A DNA stretch of 64,000 nt, taken from contig JAFMCP010000002.1 of NCBI GenBank assembly GCA_017857705.1, positions 7,506 to 71,505 on the forward strand. Direction: 5' to 3'. Below, piece by piece: positions 58,410 through 64,000 of the stretch (its first letter is position 1; each line of letters opens with the position of its first letter). Position numbers and translations under genes: made by a program. The stretch is from Candidatus Nanopelagicales bacterium (GTDB taxonomy: Bacteria > Actinomycetota > Actinomycetes > S36-B12). Below the pieces are notes generated by a model, which saw only the letters and a program-made list of their open reading frames with translations, had not been told where the DNA came from and ran no database searches.

Positions 58410-59722
58410 CTAGCGAGCTTGGAGGCAATCAGATCCATCGAATCTCGCGCACTGTTGAGTGATCTCACCTTGTTACCCATCATGACGAAGACAAGAAGTC
58501 TTCCACTTTTATCCAGAACGGTTCCAGCCAATCCGGATACCCCCGTGAGTGAACCTGTTTTTGCTCGAATTACGCCAGCACCCGCTTGGGTTCTCTTCGT
58601 ATCAAAGCGCGTACTCAGTGTTCCAGTTCGCCCCGCAACCGGAAGACCGGTTGCGATCGCGGCCCATTGGGATTTATCACCACGGACCATCTTGGTGAGC
58701 ACCTGCGCAACAGTCGTACTTGTGGTTTTATTCTGACGCGAAAGGCCACTACCATCAAATAAGTTGAGGTTCTTGGTTGAAATACCGTTTTGATCCAAGA
58801 TCAACTTCGTTGCGCGAGCACCGCCTGCAAAACTACCTTCACCCACCGTTTTCTCGCCTACCAGATGCGCAAGAACTTCTGCTACGTCATTGTCTGAATC
58901 CCGCAGCATCTCTTCAACGATCCCGCTAACGGGTTCAGAAAGTACCGATGCGATTGGTGTTGAAATTGTTGGGGCTACCCCTCGCTTGATTGTCCTCACT
59001 GATATTCCCGCCCTTTTAAGTCGCTGGGCGAAAAGTTGAGCCGCTTGTCGAGCCGGGTTTGACACTCGAGCGAGCGAACCAACATTGACCCGGGCACCGC
59101 CCACACTCAGTGCTGATACGGGGGCCGCAACTCCCAACTTGGGGAAACTTGATTTCCAGTCCGGTCCAAGTGATGGGCCGCTGAATAAGGAGTCATCGTA
59201 AAAAAGTTTTATGTTTTTTTGATTTCGCGATGTCAATGCACTGATTGTTTTTTGTGCCAGGGACTTAAGCGAGTTGGGGCCCTTCGCCCTAGGCAACAGT
59301 GGGTCACCACCACCTACTAGGTACAGGTCAGTGCCATTGAGTTTCGTTTGGGTGGACAGGCGGGCATTGGGGCCAAGGGAACTTAGTGCTGCTGCAGCTG
59401 TCAACACCTTGCTCACCGAAGCGGGGATTCGTGCCTTATCCACTTGATCATTGAAGATTGTCTTTTCGCTCACAGGGTCTACAACAACCATAGAGAATCC
59501 ACCCAAGGATTCACTCTGGGTGAGTTTGCCAATTGAACGGTCCAATCCTGTGATGCTCGGAGCGGGGGCGGTGCTGCTCAAGGGCTGGTAAACATTGGGG
59601 ACGGGTCCACTCGGCGGCGCTGCCACAACACCTGTTGGGATTCCCAGCAAACCGACAACCAAGCCACATGAGCCTGCTACAACGCCGAGGCGTCGTATTG
59701 AATCTGTCCAATAAATGTGCAT
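58394..59722 (-). CDS. dacB: D-alanyl-D-alanine carboxypeptidase/endopeptidase (PBP4 family)
   Basis: 442 aa. Signal peptide, SVSK (SxxK) and KTGS motifs. Confidence 0.85.
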   Translation of the reverse strand: MHIYWTDSIRRLGVVAGSCGLVVGLLGIPTGVVAAPPSGPVPNVYQPLSSTAPAPSITGLDRSIGKLTQSESLGGFSMVVVDPVSEKTIFNDQVDKARIPASVSKVLTAAAALSSLGPNARLSTQTKLNGTDLYLVGGGDPLLPRAKGPNSLKSLAQKTISALTSRNQKNIKLFYDDSLFSGPSLGPDWKSSFPKLGVAAPVSALSVGGARVNVGSLARVSNPARQAAQLFAQRLKRAGISVRTIKRGVAPTISTPIASVLSEPVSGIVEEMLRDSDNDVAEVLAHLVGEKTVGEGSFAGGARATKLILDQNGISTKNLNLFDGSGLSRQNKTTSTTVAQVLTKMVRGDKSQWAAIATGLPVAGRTGTLSTRFDTKRTQAGAGVIRAKTGSLTGVSGLAGTVLDKSGRLLVFVMMGNKVRSLNSARDSMDLIASKLARCGCL

Positions 59723-59782
59723 CCCGCCTACTGTAAGTCACCGCGGCGCCATTAAAAGGCACTGCCCGGCTAATGTGGACCT

Positions 59783-60274
59783 ATGGATCCCCTCGTTTTT
59801 GACGTCACAATAGAAATCCCCGGCGGAAGTCGCAATAAGTACGAAGTTGACCACACGAGCGGCCGCATTCGACTGGATCGGATGCTTTTCACGTCAACGC
59901 GCTATCCCCATGACTATGGATTCATCGACAACACCCTGGGCCTTGACGGAGACCCACTCGATGCTCTCGTACTCGTTCAGGAGCCCACTTTTCCTGGCGT
60001 GGTAATTTCTTGCCGCACCGTGGGAATGTTCCGGATGACCGATGAAGCCGGTGGCGATGACAAGTTGCTGTGCGTCCCCGCCGGTGACCCCCGGATGGAG
60101 CACCTCCGCGATATTCATCACGTTGCCGAATTCGATCGCCTTGAAATCCAACACTTCTTTGAGGTTTATAAGGATCTTGAACCCGGTAAATCCGTTGAAG
60201 GGGCTACCTGGACCGGCCGCAAAGAAGCTGAAGACGAAATTCACAGCTCGTGGAAACGAGCCAAATCCCACTAG
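59783..60274 (+). CDS. ppa: Inorganic pyrophosphatase
   Basis: 163 aa family I PPase. [11 protein letters not shown] and DGDPLDALV motifs. Confidence 0.95.
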   Translation: MDPLVFDVTIEIPGGSRNKYEVDHTSGRIRLDRMLFTSTRYPHDYGFIDNTLGLDGDPLDALVLVQEPTFPGVVISCRTVGMFRMTDEAGGDDKLLCVPAGDPRMEHLRDIHHVAEFDRLEIQHFFEVYKDLEPGKSVEGATWTGRKEAEDEIHSSWKRAKSH

Positions 60275-60344
60275 GGACCTTCGACTCTAAAAATCCCATC
60301 TCTTGGCACGGCTACTCCACGATTTTTTTCCCTACCGTGGAGAC

Positions 60345-61610
60345 ATGAAAAAACTCCTTGTTCTCGGCGGAGGCACCGCCGGCACCATGTCCGCGAATCG
60401 CCTGGCTCACCTGCTCAAAGACTGGAAGGTCACCGTAATTGACCGCGATGACAACCACCGTTACCAACCCGGATTTTTGTTCATGCCATTTGGCACTTAT
60501 TCCCCCGATCAAATCACCCGCTCGCGCCGTGAAACTCTCAACAAAAGAGTTGACCTAGTACTGGGTGAAATCGATCGTATCGATGGAGACTCAAACAAAG
60601 TCTTCTTGGTTAATGGCACCGAATTCGATTATGACTACTTGATCATTGCAACCGGGGTTTCTCCCCGCGCCGACCAAACGGATGGGCTAGCCGAGGGTAT
60701 TTCTTCTAATGATGCCGTGCACGAGTTCTACAGTTATGAGGGCTCACAAGCTCTCGCTGAAAAATTGAAGCGATTTGAAGGTGGAAAAGTTGTTATCAAT
60801 ATTGTTGAGATGCCGATCAAGTGTCCTGTCGCTCCGCTTGAATTCGCCTTCCTAGCCGACGATTTCTTTAAATCACGCGGAATCCGTGACAAGGTCACCA
60901 TGACGTACGCGACACCACTTGGCGCTGCCTTCACCCAACCGATTGCCGCTCAGGCGTTCGGAGCAACCTTGGAAGAGAAATCAATTTCTGTTGAGCCAGA
61001 TTTCATGCTCATGGAGGTTGACAACGACGCCAACGAGATCATTTCATTTGATGAGCGCCGGATTCCCTTTGACCTCCTGGTCAGCATCCCGGTCAACATG
61101 GGGCAAGATTTCCTCTCAGCCTCAGGGCTCGGTAATGAATTAAATCTCGTTCCCGTTGACAAATTTACCCAGCTTTCTAACAAGTATTCGAATGTATTCG
61201 CCCTCGGTGACGCGAACAATATTCCCGCTTCCAAGGCCGGATCGGTTGCCCACTTTGAAGTAGATATTTTTATAGACAATTTCATAGAACATATTGCTGG
61301 AAAAGAAATGACCCACCGCTTTGATGGCCACGCCAACTGTTTTATTGAAACAGGTGGAGGTAAAGCAATGTTGATTGACTTCAATTACAACGTAGAGCCA
61401 CTCCCCGGTAGGTACCCCTACCCAATTGTTGGGCCCATGAGTCTATTGAAGAAAACTCGGATGAATCACATGGGAAAAATGGCGTTTCGGTGGGTGTACT
61501 GGAACATCTTGATGCCAGGTCGTCAAATGCCTGTCCCCGCTCACATGAGTCTTAGTGGAAAACACACCGAAATGCTCGACGACACCAAACTCGCAAAAGC
61601 TGCACTCTAA
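60345..61610 (+). CDS. FAD-dependent sulfide:quinone oxidoreductase-like flavoprotein
   Basis: I chose the start at MKKLLVLGGGTAGT (GGAG SD 4-7 nt upstream). Dinucleotide fold. Cysteines in IKCPVAPLEF and HANCFIETGG lie in contexts that resemble the redox cysteines of SQR-family enzymes. Confidence 0.7.
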   Translation: MKKLLVLGGGTAGTMSANRLAHLLKDWKVTVIDRDDNHRYQPGFLFMPFGTYSPDQITRSRRETLNKRVDLVLGEIDRIDGDSNKVFLVNGTEFDYDYLIIATGVSPRADQTDGLAEGISSNDAVHEFYSYEGSQALAEKLKRFEGGKVVINIVEMPIKCPVAPLEFAFLADDFFKSRGIRDKVTMTYATPLGAAFTQPIAAQAFGATLEEKSISVEPDFMLMEVDNDANEIISFDERRIPFDLLVSIPVNMGQDFLSASGLGNELNLVPVDKFTQLSNKYSNVFALGDANNIPASKAGSVAHFEVDIFIDNFIEHIAGKEMTHRFDGHANCFIETGGGKAMLIDFNYNVEPLPGRYPYPIVGPMSLLKKTRMNHMGKMAFRWVYWNILMPGRQMPVPAHMSLSGKHTEMLDDTKLAKAAL

Positions 61611-61637
61611 AAAACATATATCGAGAAAGGATTTGGA

Positions 61638-61952
61638 ATGCCAACAACAGTAATTGAAGGTCACAATATCTCCGTAGATGATGAAGGTTTCCTCACCGAA
61701 TACGACCAATGGGATCCAGTGATAGCCAGCGCCCTTGCAGTCGCAATCGGTGTTGACCTCACAGATGAACACTGGAAAGTCATTAATTTTCTCCGTGAAG
61801 ACTTCAAAGTCAATGGAGCCACTCCCACTTTGCGTCGCGTGTCAACGGCGGGTGGGATTGATACTAAGTCTCTCTTTGCATTGTTCCCGAAGAAGCCAGC
61901 AAAGAAAATGTCCTATATTGCAGGTCTCCCTAAGCCAGCTGGTTGCGTATGA
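61638..61952 (+). CDS. TusE/DsrC-family sulfur relay protein (single C-terminal Cys)
   Basis: 104 aa ending GLPKPAGCV, the DsrC/TusE signature. The second DsrC cysteine, about 11 residues upstream, is Ser here. AAAGGA SD upstream. Confidence 0.85.
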   Translation: MPTTVIEGHNISVDDEGFLTEYDQWDPVIASALAVAIGVDLTDEHWKVINFLREDFKVNGATPTLRRVSTAGGIDTKSLFALFPKKPAKKMSYIAGLPKPAGCV

Positions 61953-62449
61953 GCGACATGATTGTTCCCTCATTTGGAAACGATGAAGATACCGGCAGGA
62001 AATTAGCGATCATCTGTTCGAAGGGTTCACTTGATATGGCCTACCCCGCATTCATCCTGGGTAACGCTGCATTGGGAGAAGGTATTGCTGTTGATTTATT
62101 CTTCACCTTCTGGGGTTTTGACATTATCAACAAAAAGACTATGGATCACCTCAAGTTTTCACCGGTGGGCAATACAGCTACACACATGCCTGCGGCGCTT
62201 AGTCCGCTACCGGGTGTCACCTCCTTCGCAACCCATTCACTCAAGAAATCCCTGACGGAACTCGATGTTCCTGAAGTGAGAGATTTCCTTGGCCTTCTCA
62301 AAGATTCGGGTGCAAATATTTGGGCATGCCAACTCAGCGCTGACATGAACCACCTCGTTAAGGAGGATCTCTATGAGGGTGTTGATGCAATTATTAACGC
62401 TAGCGCTTTTATCGAAATGACCGATGGAGCGCAGTTGCTCTTCATTTAG
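61949..62449 (+). CDS. DsrE/DsrF-like family protein
   Basis: 166 aa from MSDMIV (ATGA overlap with the TusE stop). LAIICSKGS and IWACQLSADM fit DsrE-fold sulfur carrier proteins. Confidence 0.7.
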   Translation: MSDMIVPSFGNDEDTGRKLAIICSKGSLDMAYPAFILGNAALGEGIAVDLFFTFWGFDIINKKTMDHLKFSPVGNTATHMPAALSPLPGVTSFATHSLKKSLTELDVPEVRDFLGLLKDSGANIWACQLSADMNHLVKEDLYEGVDAIINASAFIEMTDGAQLLFI

Positions 62450-62468
62450 GCAGCACGAGATCAGGTAA

Positions 62469-62954
62469 CTAGTGATCTGATCCGGCTATTTGCTCAAGCG
62501 CATGGATCACAATTTCCCAAAGGACGGCAGCAGCATCCCGTGCGCCACCTGGAGATCCGGGGACATTGATGACCAGAGAGCTAGCCAATTGCCCCGCGAT
62601 TCCCCGGGAAAGGGACGCCGTAGCGATCCCATTCTCACGACCGTAAGCACGAATGGCCTCGGCGATTCCCGGTATTTCTCGGTCAATTACCGACCGGGTG
62701 AACTCTGGAGTTTGATCCGTTGGCGAGATTCCCGTCCCACCCGTTGTCACAACGAGCGAGTGGCCAGATTCAACAGCCCGAACAATCTCAGAAGCTACCT
62801 CTGGACCGTCAGCGATGATCACCGTGGGCGAGCAAACCAAACCTAGTTCCGTCAAGGCAGCTACCAGGATTTCACCGGACGTATCAGCGCGAACACCCTG
62901 GGCACCGCGGGTCGAAACGGTTATGACCTGCGCCGTGAAGTTACTCATGCTCAC
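62469..62954 (-). CDS. mog: Molybdopterin adenylyltransferase (MogA/MoaB family)
   Basis: 161 aa. VVTTGGTGISPTD and PGSPGG motifs. Confidence 0.85.
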   Translation of the reverse strand: MSMSNFTAQVITVSTRGAQGVRADTSGEILVAALTELGLVCSPTVIIADGPEVASEIVRAVESGHSLVVTTGGTGISPTDQTPEFTRSVIDREIPGIAEAIRAYGRENGIATASLSRGIAGQLASSLVINVPGSPGGARDAAAVLWEIVIHALEQIAGSDH

Positions 62955-62957
62955 TGT

Positions 62958-63437
62958 TTACTCATGCTCACTGCGAATCCAGTGGCCTGATCGCCCACCT
63001 TTTTTCTCCAACAACTCAACGTTTTCAATGCGTGCGAGTCGATCAAGACCTTTAACCATGTCAATAAGCGCCAAGGCTCCAACTGATGCAGCGGTCAGCG
63101 CCTCCATTTCAACTCCGGTCCGATCAGCAGTCTTGACCGTCACGGTGATCTCGACTCCCGTTTCATCAAGTGCCAAATCAACCTCAACGCCATGGATAGC
63201 TAGTGGGTGACACAACGGAATTAAGTCACTCGTCTTTTTGGTTGCGGAAATCGCAGCAATACGTGCGACGGCAAATGCATCACCTTTCGGCATGTCCCCT
63301 GCACGCAGACGACTAACAACTTCATCACTCATAGAAACCCGAGAACGAGCAGTAGCCGATCTTTCGGTGACACTCTTGGCGGTCACGTCCACCATGTGGG
63401 CATCACCTTGATCATTGAGATGCGGGAATGCGCTCAC
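62958..63437 (-). CDS. moaC: Cyclic pyranopterin monophosphate synthase accessory protein MoaC
   Basis: 159 aa. MVDVTAK, IPLCHPL and MEALTAASVGALALIDM motifs. Confidence 0.95.
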   Translation of the reverse strand: MSAFPHLNDQGDAHMVDVTAKSVTERSATARSRVSMSDEVVSRLRAGDMPKGDAFAVARIAAISATKKTSDLIPLCHPLAIHGVEVDLALDETGVEITVTVKTADRTGVEMEALTAASVGALALIDMVKGLDRLARIENVELLEKKGGRSGHWIRSEHE

Positions 63438-64000
63438 ATCAATTCACCTCTCACATCAATTACCTGAACCTGCTCTCCACTGGCAATACTGTCAACACCC
63501 ACCGGAATAACAATGAGTGCATCTGCTTGTGCGAGTCCGCCAAGAACATGTGATCCCTGTCCTGCTCCCACAAGTTCAACCTGTCCCTTATCTACAAACC
63601 GACCACGAGCAAATTGCACCTTACTCATCGGTGATTGCAGGTCACCCTTTAACGTTGCTGACCGTTGCGGGCGCTGCAACTGCTTCAACCCTCGCATCTT
63701 GCGAATCACTGGGCGAATAAAGGTCTCAAACGAAATATAAGCACTCACTGGATTTCCCGGAAGGGTGATGATCGGGATTGCAGGCTCGCCAACACTGCCG
63801 AAACCTTGTGGCATTCCGGGTTGCATCGCGACTTTGTGAAACTGCGCAGTTCCCAATTTCAGGAATGCGGACTTAACTGGGTCGTAGGCACCCATGCTGA
63901 CTCCGCCGGTTGTGATGATGAGGTCTGCTCGGTGCACCTGGTCCTGCAGGATCTCAATTAATGTGTCTTCGTCATCTTGTGCAGGTGGAAGTCGGTAGGC
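63434..64000 (-). CDS. moeA: Molybdopterin molybdotransferase MoeA (C-terminal part; 5' end outside the window)
   Basis: The frame is open to nt 64000: my own translation reads AYRLPPAQDDEDTLIEILQDQVHRADLIITTGGVSMGAYDPVK. The ORF-track 'M' at 63937 is an internal GTG. ATGA-type overlap with moaC. Confidence 0.85.
   Translation of the reverse strand, partial: AYRLPPAQDDEDTLIEILQDQVHRADLIITTGGVSMGAYDPVKSAFLKLGTAQFHKVAMQPGMPQGFGSVGEPAIPIITLPGNPVSAYISFETFIRPVIRKMRGLKQLQRPQRSATLKGDLQSPMSKVQFARGRFVDKGQVELVGAGQGSHVLGGLAQADALIVIPVGVDSIASGEQVQVIDVRGELM

Noticed and set aside
60345-61610. Apparent lower GC in the SQR-like gene, which would suggest horizontal acquisition.
   Set aside because: I counted only a handful of 60-nt lines by hand: about 37-42% in some and about 60% in others. 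The signal is too patchy to claim without a proper sliding-window calculation.
1-64000. I looked across the whole window for mobile elements, prophage remnants, toxin-antitoxin pairs, restriction-modification or other defence systems, tRNA and rRNA genes.
   Set aside because: I recognised no transposase, integrase, recombinase, Cas, nuclease-methylase pair or phage structural gene. Intergenic gaps are at most 315 bp, and none of those I read folds or reads like a tRNA.

Overview
This is a gene-dense core-chromosome segment of about 70 CDS, roughly 80% on the minus strand, with many 1-4 nt start/stop overlaps. It comes from a small-genome, mid-GC actinobacterium. Gene order follows, from memory, the mycobacterial/streptomycete blocks proC-HTH-bS22, rex-hemD, ccdA-resB-ccsA, the men genes, radA-mutY-clpC1-lysS-panC, folKBPE-ftsH-hpt-tilS and dacB-ppa. 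A streamlined freshwater lineage such as acI/Nanopelagicales is a plausible source, but that is inference only.

Content from left to right:
- nuoG (partial) and nuoFEDCBA
- A menaquinone cluster: menG, menF, menD, menC, menB, menE, menA
- System II cytochrome c maturation: resA, ccdA, resB, ccsA
- rex and a cobA/hemD fusion
- An acyl-CoA ligase
- The proC neighbourhood, including the 33-aa ribosomal protein bS22, which is missing from the ORF track
- A P-type ATPase, then radA, mutY, clpC1, argA-like and lysS
- A panC-nadB-nadC-coaX operon
- The folate genes, with a folP-folB fusion, then ftsH, hpt, tilS, dacB and ppa
- A three-gene SQR/TusE/DsrE sulfur module
- mog, moaC and moeA (partial)

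I found no rRNA, tRNA, CRISPR array, transposase, integrase, prophage or recognisable defence system.

The region is mostly ordinary housekeeping. Four items deserve a second look:
1. A MidA/NDUFAF7-like methyltransferase sits next to an orphan, quinone-site-degenerate NuoD paralogue. The paralogue, unlike the canonical NuoD, carries the Arg that NDUFAF7 methylates in mitochondria.
2. An SQR-TusE-DsrE module abuts the molybdenum-cofactor genes.
3. A 550-aa TetR-HTH/Pat-like GNAT fusion is the last gene of the menBCD operon.
4. A rex-cobA/hemD operon lacks hemA and hemC, which may be a footprint of heme auxotrophy.

All domain calls rest on by-eye motif recognition. No searches were run.
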